Positions 1 through 9,161 of a stretch of 64,000 nucleotides of DNA are shown in pieces. The notes beneath the pieces are model-generated. The model made no database searches and was not told the DNA's origin. It worked only from the letters and a program-made list of their open reading frames with translations. This DNA comes from Promethearchaeota archaeon (GTDB taxonomy: Archaea; Asgardarchaeota; Lokiarchaeia; Sigyniarchaeales; SOKP01), in NCBI GenBank assembly GCA_048940645.1, contig JBHLOI010000009.1, positions 25,449 through 89,448 of the forward strand, written 5' to 3'. The number at the start of each line of letters is the position of its first letter. Position 1 is the stretch's first letter. The translations under genes were made by a program, and so were the position numbers.

Positions 1-597
1 TACATAATCAGCTCTTTGAATCAGTTCTTCAACATCACAATGAGCTCCTGGAGCTGTATCAAAAATAATAACATCATACTTTTCAAGTTTATCTATTAAA
101 AATTTATCTATTTTCTCCATTAAAGCTTTCACAATAACAGTCGATCTAGCTTCTGATGGTTTTAATTCACCGATTAGCAAATCAATATTATTAACTCTCG
201 AAGTATAAATCAAACCAATTACTCTTGAATCTGCTATTATGGCCTCTGTTGGGCAAATTTTAAAACATAATTTACATCCAGAGCAAACATTCAATACGGG
301 AATTGGAATAGCATCTTTAATATGCAATAAAGCATGAGATATACAATTTTCAGCGCATATCCCGCACTTGGTACATTTAATTTCATTAATGGTGGGTTCA
401 AAAAAAGTTACTTCGCTAGGATTCTCAAGCTTTCCATTCATTAATAGATATGTATTGGGATTTTCAACATCTCCATCAACTAGTAATACATTGAATCCGC
501 GATTTTTGAATAATGTGGCTAAATTTACAGCTACTAAAGTCTTTCCAGTACCTCCTTTCCCACCAGTAATACAAATAATTTTTGGCTTTTTTAACAT
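1..597 (-). CDS. MinD-family P-loop ATPase with inserted 4Fe-4S ferredoxin domain (COG1149), 3' end beyond window
   Basis: Not in the ORF track; translated by hand from ATG at 597: MLKKPKIICITGGKGGTGKT (deviant Walker A), DGDVENPN, CTKCGICAENC and CSGCKLCFKICP ferredoxin motifs, DTAPGAHC. Confidence 0.93.
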   Translation of the reverse strand, partial: MLKKPKIICITGGKGGTGKTLVAVNLATLFKNRGFNVLLVDGDVENPNTYLLMNGKLENPSEVTFFEPTINEIKCTKCGICAENCISHALLHIKDAIPIPVLNVCSGCKLCFKICPTEAIIADSRVIGLIYTSRVNNIDLLIGELKPSEARSTVIVKALMEKIDKFLIDKLEKYDVIIFDTAPGAHCDVEELIQRADYV

Positions 598-642
598 GAT
601 ATTAATTATCTAAACTAGAATTAGTATAACTCAGAATTGACT

Positions 643-1074
643 TCAATTTCTAGGCCCCATACCTCGACCACCGCCCGCACCTCTTCTCGCTCCCATTCCA
701 TGATGGGGTGAAACATTTGCAGAAGTAGTCAATTGTAATTTACGGTTAATATACAAATCTACAATATCTTTTACCGTAATCACTTGATCAGGCGCTTGAT
801 AAATTTTTATATTCAAAGAACTTAGAGATTGAGCTGCATTAGGACCTAAAAAACCAACTATTACTTCATTAGCCCCATTATTCCCAACAAGTTGTGCTGC
901 TTGTATACCTGCTCCCCCCATTGCTTCTGCTGCCGGATTTGGAACTGCTCTAACTTCTTTAATTTCTTTATTTTCAATAGTAACAAAAGTAAAACTTGGA
1001 CATCTTCCAAACCGGGGATTCATTTGCTCATTCAATCCTCCAATTCCATTTGAGGGTACTGCAATTATAACCAT
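643..1074 (-). CDS. NifB/NifX-family (COG1433) Fe-Mo cofactor-binding-like protein with Gly/Arg-rich tail
   Basis: RFGRCPSF, GGAGIQAAQ and GFLGPNA motifs; tail GMGARRGAGGGRGMG. Confidence 0.9.
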   Translation of the reverse strand: MVIIAVPSNGIGGLNEQMNPRFGRCPSFTFVTIENKEIKEVRAVPNPAAEAMGGAGIQAAQLVGNNGANEVIVGFLGPNAAQSLSSLNIKIYQAPDQVITVKDIVDLYINRKLQLTTSANVSPHHGMGARRGAGGGRGMGPRN

Positions 1075-1135
1075 TCTTTATTTAAACCTCATTTTTTTAA
1101 TTAATTTTTTATAATTTTACATTAATAATTAAGAT

Positions 1136-1543
1136 TTAATGGTGATGATGTTTATAATTATCATCAGCCTCGGTGTGAATCTTCTCAACACCATATCCTT
1201 TACCACCACCTGGAGTGCAAAGGCTGACACCACCCATCGTCTTAATTTCGCCATTCAAAATTCTTTTAATTACATCGTCAATAGTCCCTTGAACCCCTAC
1301 GATAACATTTATCCCATATTGTTCAAAAAAATCTCTTGCTCTATGACCCATTCCCCCAGCAATCATATAATTTGCTCCATGTTTGTTCACAAATTCAGGA
1401 ATACTCCCAACAATATGTCCGGGATTAGGAAATTCCTCTCTCTTTACTAATTTATCATTTTCAATACTAATAAAAGTAAATGTTGGAGCTCTGCCAAAAT
1501 GCGCACTAACTTGATTAGAGTCAGTACTTATTGCGATTTTCAT
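1136..1543 (-). CDS. NifB/NifX-family protein with His-rich C-terminus
   Basis: MKIAIS...VSAHFGRAPTF, NPGH, AGGMG; ends KHHHH; GAGGTGA RBS upstream. Confidence 0.9.
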   Translation of the reverse strand: MKIAISTDSNQVSAHFGRAPTFTFISIENDKLVKREEFPNPGHIVGSIPEFVNKHGANYMIAGGMGHRARDFFEQYGINVIVGVQGTIDDVIKRILNGEIKTMGGVSLCTPGGGKGYGVEKIHTEADDNYKHHHH

Positions 1544-1576
1544 ATACTTATCACCTCAAAAGTTATTATAATTATA

Positions 1577-1951
1577 TTAATGACCCCTACACATTGGACC
1601 AGTTACCGGTTCTAATTTTCCTTGTAATAAAAGTTCAATATTGTCTTTCAAATTGCCATTTACACCTTTATGAAGTCGAATATTATATTGAATAAACCCC
1701 ATATAAGGTCTACCTCCAATACCCCCTACAATCATTTCAGTAACTTCCTTTTTTACCATATTAATGACTGGTTCCATACAACCTCCATGTCCTTGATTTT
1801 CTATAGAAAAAGCTTTTTTATAACTATTTGCATCATCGATTTCAATCCCGACAAAGTAATTACAGTGACCAAAATGCTCAGATATGTGATCGATTAAATC
1901 TGGTCCATTAGAAGGAATTGCTATTATTCTATTCATACTTATTCTTTTCAC
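1577..1951 (-). CDS. NifB/NifX-family protein
   Basis: ISEHFGHC, HGGC, VGGIGGRP, C-terminal CRGH. Start may be the internal ATG at 1936. Confidence 0.88.
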   Translation of the reverse strand: MKRISMNRIIAIPSNGPDLIDHISEHFGHCNYFVGIEIDDANSYKKAFSIENQGHGGCMEPVINMVKKEVTEMIVGGIGGRPYMGFIQYNIRLHKGVNGNLKDNIELLLQGKLEPVTGPMCRGH

Positions 1952-1973
1952 ATTTTTAGATTTTTTGATAAAA

Positions 1974-1987
1974 TGAATAATTATTCA
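1974..1987. promoter_or_regulatory. Palindromic operator TGAATAATTATTCA just downstream of the minus-strand BRE/TATA of the NifX operon
   Basis: Perfect 14-bp palindrome; the minus strand reads GAAAATG-TTTATATA (about 1996-2010) about 8 nt before it; motif recurs at 3993, 9589 and 17973. Confidence 0.65.
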
Positions 1988-2053
1988 AAATTACTTATAT
2001 AAACATTTTCTAATTTAAAAACTTAATCTTAATTGTTTAGAATAAAATTTGAA

Positions 2054-2346
2054 TTGTTTTTACACTTTGGTGTATCTACTTTTAATAAAAATTTCATAGT
2101 TTCTGGAAACATAATGGATAAAAATCTACTAAAGATTTTAATAACTTTGGGTAAAATATCATAAGTGATTTCCTAACTGGAGTTTTAATCATCAAAGAAG
2201 AATTGAAATGTTTTGATATTTATTCAAAAGAATTAGTTTTAAAGATAGAATATATTTATAAATATATATTAAAAGACCGGAATGAAGATTTTAATATTTT
2301 CGGTCAGGTGGAAGATATTGTGAATAAGATTTTCTCAAAGCATTAA
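2054..2346 (+). pseudogene. Degraded remnant resembling the C-terminal half of an Asgard longin/roadblock-like domain
   Basis: Open frame 2155-2346 lacking a start at its 5' end (IISDFLTGVLIIKEELK...KIEYIYKYILKDRNEDFNIFGQVEDIVNKIF*); joins upstream MDKNLLKILITLGK if one A is added to the run at 2153-2156. Confidence 0.4.
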
Positions 2347-2366
2347 ATAAATGCTCGTGATTCTAT

Positions 2367-2735
2367 ATGGATGCAAGTAAAAAAGAAAATAATCTGGAGG
2401 ATATTAATCAATTAGTTATTTTCATTTTTTGGTTAAAATTTTCATTTGGGATTATTGGAGGCATTTTACACTATAGTATACAAAAGGTTTTATTTGAAAA
2501 AGTTCTTTTTTATATTCCGGATTTACTAAGGGGCTTTATACTATTTATTGAAATTTTTGGATATATATCTCTTTTCCATATTTTATTCTATCTAATAATA
2601 AGATTCTCTAAAACTTATTTTACAAAAGGAAAGCATGTGAAATTCAGCAATTGGCGATTGGCATTTAAGTCTTCAGGTATCTTCTTCGCAATATTTTTAA
2701 TTAGTGGTAGTTTATCCTTTTATATTGGATTTTAA
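2367..2735 (+). CDS. Hypothetical 3-TM membrane protein
   Basis: ORF with three hydrophobic segments; GTGA upstream. Confidence 0.7.
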   Translation: MDASKKENNLEDINQLVIFIFWLKFSFGIIGGILHYSIQKVLFEKVLFYIPDLLRGFILFIEIFGYISLFHILFYLIIRFSKTYFTKGKHVKFSNWRLAFKSSGIFFAIFLISGSLSFYIGF

Positions 2736-2757
2736 ACAATTTTGGTACAGATTTTAG

Positions 2758-3984
2758 ATGCAAAAAAGAATTAAGCTCATAATAGTGGTTATAATTGCAA
2801 TATACATTATTATATCAATAGTTTCATTCATAGTACTGCCCTCCTTTATGCCAATTAAGAATCCTATGGATGTGGACTATATATCAGAAGGAGAATATGC
2901 AGGGAATTACTTGGTTTCTGACGTTTCTGGTCCAGCGCGAATTATTGATGCTTCTGGAAAAGAAAAATGGCACACAAATCTAAATGGTGATTTTATTCAC
3001 GACTGTGATATGCTACCCAATGGAAATATATTAATAGCTGATATTTCGTACGATAGGGTAATAGAGGTAGATATAGATAACTCATCTTCCATTTTGTGGT
3101 CCTGGGATGCACGTAATCCATTGGATATTAATTGGACTTTATTTGCTTATGAACAGGGATGGGATGAAATTGATTATACACCTGAAATTAGTTTTTTTGG
3201 GATATATTGGACTCATTTAAATGATGTTGATTTTATTAATGGTTCTCAATTTGGACGGAATTATAATTCAATCCTAATATCATTAAGAAATTTCGATTTA
3301 GTCTTAGAAGTTAACTATAGTGAGACAAAGGAAGTAATTTGGTGGTATGGAGAACCTGGTAACTATTCACTTCTAAATCATCAACACAATCCAGATCGTT
3401 ATGAAAATGGTAATACTGTAATATGTGATTCTGGAAACGAAAGAATTATCGAAATTAATACTACTTCTAAAGAAGTTGTGTGGGAATTAAAAGACATCTA
3501 TCCGTATGGAAAATTCAGATGGGTAAGAGACTGCGATGATATAGGCGATAATAAAAGATTAATTACAGATTCAGGTAATAATCGTTTATTAGTTTATGAT
3601 ATGAATTCTATGAAGATTGTCCGAGAAATAAAATCCCCCTTTTTTTCTAATCCTTATGAAGCAGATTTATTAGAAGATGGAAGACTTATAGTTAGCGGCC
3701 TAACGACAGGCACAATAATAATCATGAATTTTGATACTGGAGAAATATATGGCTTGATAGGATTTCCAAATTATTGGGTTCTTCCAATTTCAATAATTAT
3801 TGGGGTAATGATTTATCATTTTGCACAATTTATTAATGCACTGAAAAGAAGTAATAAAAGAAATATTAGGAAATTAATAGATTTTCAAGTGTATAAAAGA
3901 ATAATCTATATTATTTGTGGAGTCATAAGTTTATTCTTCTTTACCACAATAATCGCATTCCTATTGATGCTGTTTTTTGGATAA
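2758..3984 (+). CDS. Membrane-anchored arylsulfotransferase (ASST)-like beta-propeller protein
   Basis: HDCDMLPNGN, WTHLNDVD, LISLRN, HQHNPD and WVRDCD motifs; N-terminal TM and two C-terminal TMs. Confidence 0.8.
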   Translation: MQKRIKLIIVVIIAIYIIISIVSFIVLPSFMPIKNPMDVDYISEGEYAGNYLVSDVSGPARIIDASGKEKWHTNLNGDFIHDCDMLPNGNILIADISYDRVIEVDIDNSSSILWSWDARNPLDINWTLFAYEQGWDEIDYTPEISFFGIYWTHLNDVDFINGSQFGRNYNSILISLRNFDLVLEVNYSETKEVIWWYGEPGNYSLLNHQHNPDRYENGNTVICDSGNERIIEINTTSKEVVWELKDIYPYGKFRWVRDCDDIGDNKRLITDSGNNRLLVYDMNSMKIVREIKSPFFSNPYEADLLEDGRLIVSGLTTGTIIIMNFDTGEIYGLIGFPNYWVLPISIIIGVMIYHFAQFINALKRSNKRNIRKLIDFQVYKRIIYIICGVISLFFFTTIIAFLLMLFFG

Positions 3985-3992
3985 CAAAATTA

Positions 3993-4006
3993 AGAATAAT
4001 TATTCA
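3993..4006. promoter_or_regulatory. Operator-like palindrome AGAATAATTATTCA upstream of mrp
   Basis: 13/14 match to the 1974 palindrome; 3991-4020 is nearly identical to 17971-18000. Confidence 0.55.
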
Positions 4007-4175
4007 AAAATTTTTTATAATATTTTTCATTTGATACTTGTGAAAATATAATTTAAATCTTGTTGGAGTTTTCAAAATATTAAGAATAAATTAAAGGACT
4101 TTAATGATTCCTTAATTATTATAATAAAAAATTAAGAAAAGAAGTTAAAAATCTAAAATTAGATGAGTATAGATT

Positions 4176-5045
4176 ATGGAAGAAAATGAAATTCCTGATA
4201 TCGATTTGAAAGAAACTATCCAAGAGTCCCAGCAAGAAATTTTGGATGAACGCATGGAAAATATAAGAAAAAATATGGAAAAAATCAAGCATAAAATAGT
4301 GATTATTTCGGGAAAGGGTGGTGTCGGTAAGACCACTGTGGCTGTAAATCTTGCTATGAGTCTAGCAAGTATAGGTTTGAGAGTAGGTTTATTAGATGTG
4401 GATATTACTGGACCTAATGTAAATAAGATGCTTGGAATTAACCCTGAAATCAGGCCACGGGTTGATCCTGAGGCAAAAAAATTTTATCCTGTAAATGGGC
4501 CACTAAATATAAAAGTAATGAGTATGGCATTTTTAACACAAAACAGTGATACTCCAGTTATTTGGAGAGGTCCAATGAAGATGGGAGCCGTACGGCAGTT
4601 TCTTGGTGATGCAGTATGGGGCGAACTTGATTATTTAATTTGTGATCTACCACCTGGTACTTCTGATGAGACTTTAGATATTTTGCAATTAATACCTGAT
4701 GAAAATATAGTTGTTGTATCCACACCTCAAGAGGTGGCTCTCATGGATGCAAGAAAAACCATAGCGATGGCACAAACAATGCAGAGAAAGGTTCTGGGAA
4801 TTATTGAGAATATGTCTGGTTTTAAATGTCCTCATTGTAATAATTATGTTGATCTTTATCCCCCAGGGGGAGCTGAAAAAGCTTCTAGAGATTTTGGGAT
4901 TACTCTTTTAGGAAAAATACCATTTGAAACTGAAATTAGTCAACAAGGAGACCAAGGGTTACCATTTGTTTTAAAGAATCCGGAAAATGAAAGTGCAAAA
5001 GCGTTTAAATCAGTTGTTAAAAAAATTAGGGAAACTTTAGAATAA
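4176..5045 (+). CDS. mrp: Mrp/NBP35 (ApbC) Fe-S cluster carrier ATPase
   Basis: SGKGGVGKTT, DVDITGP, WRGPMK, DLPPGTSD, ENMS-x3-CPHC. Confidence 0.95.
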   Translation: MEENEIPDIDLKETIQESQQEILDERMENIRKNMEKIKHKIVIISGKGGVGKTTVAVNLAMSLASIGLRVGLLDVDITGPNVNKMLGINPEIRPRVDPEAKKFYPVNGPLNIKVMSMAFLTQNSDTPVIWRGPMKMGAVRQFLGDAVWGELDYLICDLPPGTSDETLDILQLIPDENIVVVSTPQEVALMDARKTIAMAQTMQRKVLGIIENMSGFKCPHCNNYVDLYPPGGAEKASRDFGITLLGKIPFETEISQQGDQGLPFVLKNPENESAKAFKSVVKKIRETLE

Positions 5046-5194
5046 AATCTTTTTCTATTCTTCCCACTTTTGTTTTTCAAATAATTTATGTCCTTTTAAT
5101 AACAAGACTTCAGAAATTCTGCAATTTAAAACTTTTCACGCTATATATACTAATTCTATAAATATGAAAACAGTTTAAAAGGATTAATATTATT

Positions 5195-5728
5195 ATGTTA
5201 TTGCATTTTTTGAAATCATCTAATTACAAGTTAAGGGATTTAAAAATTAGTTTAGAAATTGAAACTGAAGTTTCAAAATTATTAAAAGGAATTGTTATTT
5301 GTAAAGAAACTGGGGTATATTTATTAGATTTAATTTTAGATTCAGAAATTAATCCCGTTTTACTCTCTTCCTTTGTTGGAGCACTCTCTCTATTTGGAGA
5401 GGAGAATATGGGAAAAATCCAAGAGATTACCATTAAAGGCTTGGATATACAGATGATAATTGTGAATAAGCATAACCTTATTTTAATTGCAATAATGGAT
5501 AAGGAATTTCTGAAACACGATATTCGAAAAGAAGCCGAAAAATCATTAGATATGTTTTATTCTCTTTATAAGAATGAAATCGATGAGTGTGTTGATGTAT
5601 GTATGTTTGATTCATTTAAAAAAATCTTATATAAGCAAATTAAAGAATATTTTGAAAAAATTAAAGGTTCAGGAGATTTTGGATTTTTCACAGAAGCGAT
5701 TACACGTATGAGAAACCATGAAGAATAA
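5195..5728 (+). CDS. Longin/roadblock-like domain protein
   Basis: GIVICKETGVYLLD, NPVLLSSFVGAL-x2-F, IQEITI and F-x3-Y C-terminal helix pattern typical of Asgard longin-like domains; exact start uncertain. Confidence 0.65.
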   Translation: MLLHFLKSSNYKLRDLKISLEIETEVSKLLKGIVICKETGVYLLDLILDSEINPVLLSSFVGALSLFGEENMGKIQEITIKGLDIQMIIVNKHNLILIAIMDKEFLKHDIRKEAEKSLDMFYSLYKNEIDECVDVCMFDSFKKILYKQIKEYFEKIKGSGDFGFFTEAITRMRNHEE

Positions 5729-5818
5729 TCTACAAAGTGTAAATATTCGCCATCTTGATTAAAAATTAGATGGGTTTTTTTTAATTTTTGAAAGTTTTAA
5801 TAATAAAAAAAAATAAAG

Positions 5819-7162
5819 TTATAATTCTGCTATAGCTTTTTGTTTTGCTACTTTCTCCTCCTCTGTAAGTTTGACTTCTCCTCTTTTAACGAAAAACATT
5901 AGGATTAATGCAATTATGAGAAAGACGGCAGCATTTAATACTAGAGTATAAGGTGGACTAATTAATGGATTATTAAATAGGTCAGTAAGGCTCCCCAATA
6001 TATAAGGCCCTGTAATGGCTGCTAAAAAACTAAAAAAGTAATAAATACCTGTATATGTGCCTACTTTTTCATTTGTAGGAGCTAATTCCCATATGATAAC
6101 AATTGAATTAACATTAACAAAAGACCAACCTATTCCTCCAATGGCTAAAAATATAATTATGAAAAGTAAACCATCTGCTCTCATATTCCATCCAATAAAG
6201 AAAATTAAAATTAAACATATTATCATTGTTGTCAATCCTATTTTGATCGCATTTCTCCTACCAACTTTTCCCGCTATTATCGCGAATGGATAAGCAAATA
6301 TTATGATAGGTAATGCTACAAAAAAAGCCAAAAATCCTGAGACATCTTCACTTTGCAACAAAACATTTGTACCATATATAGTAAGCAGTGCTGCTAATCC
6401 TTGAAAAGCGACAAAGTAAAAGAAAATTGCTAATCCCATTATTAGAGTACTTTTATCTTCTTCTTTTAATACATCCTTAAAACTTGTAATTATACTTGGC
6501 TTCTTCTTTGCTTCCTTGACTTTTTCCCCTTCTAATTGTTCTCTCTCGAGTAATGCTTTATAGCTATATGATTCCTTTTCATCTACCTTCCATATCAATA
6601 TAAATAAAGACACCACCATTAAAACTGAAACTATAATAAAAGCACCTTGTAATGTTATTAATCCTGCAACTAAGCTTAATCCATATCCAATTACTCCTCC
6701 AAGTCCTCCCAACATATTAATAATCGCATTTCCTTTGCTCCTATGTATAGGTTCAATAAAATCTGGCATTAATGAAACAGCTTGTGATCTATAAAATCCC
6801 ATAGCAATACCAAAAAACACTATCCAAATTGTTAATAGTGGTAAATTGTTTTCTCCTGTTGGAATTAAAGCAAAAAAAATCGCACCAGCAGGTATACCAA
6901 TTATAATATAAGGCATCCGTCTTCCAAACCTAGAACGCGTATTATCAGAAATCGAACCCATAATGGGTTGAAGGATAACACCAATTATATTATCAATTGC
7001 CATCCATATTCCTACAAGACTTAAAAGGGTTAAAATGCTTTCTAATAGCTTACTCACTCTTGCATTATATAAACTCCATGCTACTTCAGTGGTAAAAAAA
7101 GCTAAAGCTATGAAAAAGGTCAATTTAATATTGAATTTTTCCTTAGGTTTAGTTTCAGACAT
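5819..7162 (-). CDS. MFS transporter (maltose/sucrose-like)
   Basis: 12 TM pattern; QPIMGSISDNTRSRFGRRMPY motif A. Confidence 0.92.
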   Translation of the reverse strand: MSETKPKEKFNIKLTFFIALAFFTTEVAWSLYNARVSKLLESILTLLSLVGIWMAIDNIIGVILQPIMGSISDNTRSRFGRRMPYIIIGIPAGAIFFALIPTGENNLPLLTIWIVFFGIAMGFYRSQAVSLMPDFIEPIHRSKGNAIINMLGGLGGVIGYGLSLVAGLITLQGAFIIVSVLMVVSLFILIWKVDEKESYSYKALLEREQLEGEKVKEAKKKPSIITSFKDVLKEEDKSTLIMGLAIFFYFVAFQGLAALLTIYGTNVLLQSEDVSGFLAFFVALPIIIFAYPFAIIAGKVGRRNAIKIGLTTMIICLILIFFIGWNMRADGLLFIIIFLAIGGIGWSFVNVNSIVIIWELAPTNEKVGTYTGIYYFFSFLAAITGPYILGSLTDLFNNPLISPPYTLVLNAAVFLIIALILMFFVKRGEVKLTEEEKVAKQKAIAEL

Positions 7163-7294
7163 TTTTTCTCAAAATTTATAATTTAAATTTAAGATTTTAA
7201 AAATAGATTATTTTTTGCTGTTTAAAAAAATTTATAATTTTAATAAAGATCAATCCTCAAAAAAATAGTATAAAAAAAATAAGAAATAAAAAAA

Positions 7295-7447
7295 TTATAA
7301 TTCAATTTCGATTTTAATATGCTTTATTTCTTCAGGAATCTTCTTGGCTGATTTTAAATAGCCTAGGATTATATTTTTTAGCATAGATTCCATTAGTTCG
7401 TTTAATGGGATATCTTTCTCATTAATTTCTAAATTTACAGAGCTCAT
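7295..7447 (-). CDS. 50-aa protein resembling the stand-alone C-terminal domain of archaeal MobB
   Basis: Below the ORF-track cut-off; MSSVNLEINEKDIPLNELMESMLKNIILGYLKSAKKIPEEIKHIKIEIEL* fits the V-x-L-x-(V/I)N-x-K-x-IPLN...I-x-I-x-I pattern. Confidence 0.7.
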   Translation of the reverse strand: MSSVNLEINEKDIPLNELMESMLKNIILGYLKSAKKIPEEIKHIKIEIEL

Positions 7448-7528
7448 AATATCTAAACTGCTACTTTAGCTTAAAAATCTTAAGTTTATTTTTTATTGAT
7501 TTATTTATTGAATTACAATTTGCTATTT

Positions 7529-8527
7529 TTAAAATGCATAAGGCTTGCTTAAAGCTTGTTTAAAAATAATTGGTTTGAGCATATTGATTAACGGTTCAAA
7601 AACTTCCTCCTTAAAGAAGTAATATCCCTTCTTAAGTAAAATGAGATATAAAGGAGAAGGAGTAGAATCTAATAATATCCTCTTAAATAAGAAATAATAT
7701 TTTGATCTTTGAAAAATTAACTGATCCTTAATGTCATCCCCTAAATTATTATCTTTCTGAATTTTATTATTAAATTTAATGAAATATGGCATAATTTGTC
7801 TTATAAGCTCTTTGGATTCTTTTTCTTTATAGTATGAACCAATAATGAGCGAATTTTGATCTAGAACTAGCATGCCAGAACAATTTATTTTATTGCAAAA
7901 TTCACTTATAGTTTTTTTAATTAATTGTGTTTTTGGGTATAATTTTAATAGGATCTCTGATACTGTAAATATTATTGAGGGTAAATTATAGATAGAGGTT
8001 ATATAGAAAGATAGCTTTTTGTAATAAGTTTCCTCATGAATTTTCTGTTTTAATTTACTAATAATTTCATCCCAATTTTCTTTAATATCTTCAGGGAAAT
8101 CAGGATCATATTTATGAAAAAATATATTAATAGGGGGGTTTATTTTTAACGCGTAAAATTGGTCAATTACATCTTTTAAATAACTGATAGCTTCAGGAAT
8201 TCTTTCCTCATTTTGGATATCTATCACGAAGATTGCAATCTCAGTATTATCAAAATACATATTTGGATTTCTTAAGTAAGAAATTCGGTAAGTATCTTGC
8301 CCTCCCAAATCCCATTCACTTATTTCAATATCCAAAAAATCAAAAATTCTTCTTTGTGCTCCTTTTGTTGGTGAGATTACAGCAATTTTGGAAAATTCCT
8401 TCTTTAAAGTTAAAATTATTGAGGTTTTCCCTGCAGTATCTAATCCTGTAAAAAGAATTTTTCTAGCTCTATCATTTTCTTCTTTTAAGTATTCCATTTT
8501 CAGATTCCTCCTAAATAAAGAATACAA
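7529..8527 (-). CDS. Rag/Gtr-like small GTPase fused to a C-terminal roadblock-like domain
   Basis: G1 GLDTAGKTS, G2 PT, G3 WDLGGQ, G4 HKYD (Rag-type HKxD), G5 TSI; C-terminal GMLVLDQNSLIIGSY. Probable start is the ATG at 8497. Confidence 0.88.
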   Translation of the reverse strand: MYSLFRRNLKMEYLKEENDRARKILFTGLDTAGKTSIILTLKKEFSKIAVISPTKGAQRRIFDFLDIEISEWDLGGQDTYRISYLRNPNMYFDNTEIAIFVIDIQNEERIPEAISYLKDVIDQFYALKINPPINIFFHKYDPDFPEDIKENWDEIISKLKQKIHEETYYKKLSFYITSIYNLPSIIFTVSEILLKLYPKTQLIKKTISEFCNKINCSGMLVLDQNSLIIGSYYKEKESKELIRQIMPYFIKFNNKIQKDNNLGDDIKDQLIFQRSKYYFLFKRILLDSTPSPLYLILLKKGYYFFKEEVFEPLINMLKPIIFKQALSKPYAF

Positions 8528-8607
8528 AATCGTTTAAATAAAATTATATTATTTAGGTGACAATATTTAATTGAATTTCATAAATATACAATTATTTCTA
8601 TCTGTTT

Positions 8608-8642
8608 TAAATAGACAATTTTAAGAGATAAATAGACAATTT
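8608..8642. repeat. Direct repeat TAAATAGACAATTT x2 with 21-bp period upstream of the GTPase gene
   Basis: Exact 14-mers at 8608-8621 and 8629-8642; variant TAAATATACAATT at 8581. Confidence 0.6.
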
Positions 8643-8720
8643 GCTTAGAACTTAATTTCTAAACGATGTCTAAATCTACCCTTTAACTTAAAAACTTTGA
8701 GCTTACTTTTTATTGATTTT

Positions 8721-9107
8721 TTAAACAAGGGTTGAATTCAAATGTTCTAATGCAATTCTAACCTCAGGAGTAATGTGATGTTCAATTTTACAACAAATCT
8801 CATTTAACTTTAAATCGTCTTTTAAATTTAAGATATTTTTGAAGAACTTTTTTAATTCTTTATTTTTTCTTAGGATACTTTGAGCAACCTTTTTACCTTT
8901 AACTGTTAAGTGTATTGATTTTCTTGGACGCCAAATAATAAAACCTTCATTTTTCAGTTTATAGAGCATCTCAGTAACAGACGAAGGTTTAACTTTCAAA
9001 AATTCAGCAATCTCTGAATTTAAAACCCATCCACCCTTTTTTTTTTTAGAAATAAGATAGATTGCTTTTAAGTAATTTTCGTGGCTTTCTTTATAATCCT
9101 TATACAT
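8721..9107 (-). CDS. DtxR/MntR-family metal-dependent transcriptional regulator (no FeoA domain)
   Basis: ENYLKAIY, IAEFLKVKPSSVTEML, LTVKG, CKIEH. Confidence 0.92.
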   Translation of the reverse strand: MYKDYKESHENYLKAIYLISKKKKGGWVLNSEIAEFLKVKPSSVTEMLYKLKNEGFIIWRPRKSIHLTVKGKKVAQSILRKNKELKKFFKNILNLKDDLKLNEICCKIEHHITPEVRIALEHLNSTLV

Positions 9108-9161
9108 TATATTGTTTGGAACTCCTTTATCCTAAATAGAAAAATATAATAATAAAAAATA

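Noticed and set aside
368-613. 81-aa + strand ORF
   Set aside because: Antisense shadow of the COG1149 ATPase on the minus strand.
643-1951. NifB/NifX genes as evidence of nitrogen fixation
   Set aside because: No nifH/D/K/E/N in the window; COG1433 proteins are common in non-diazotrophs.
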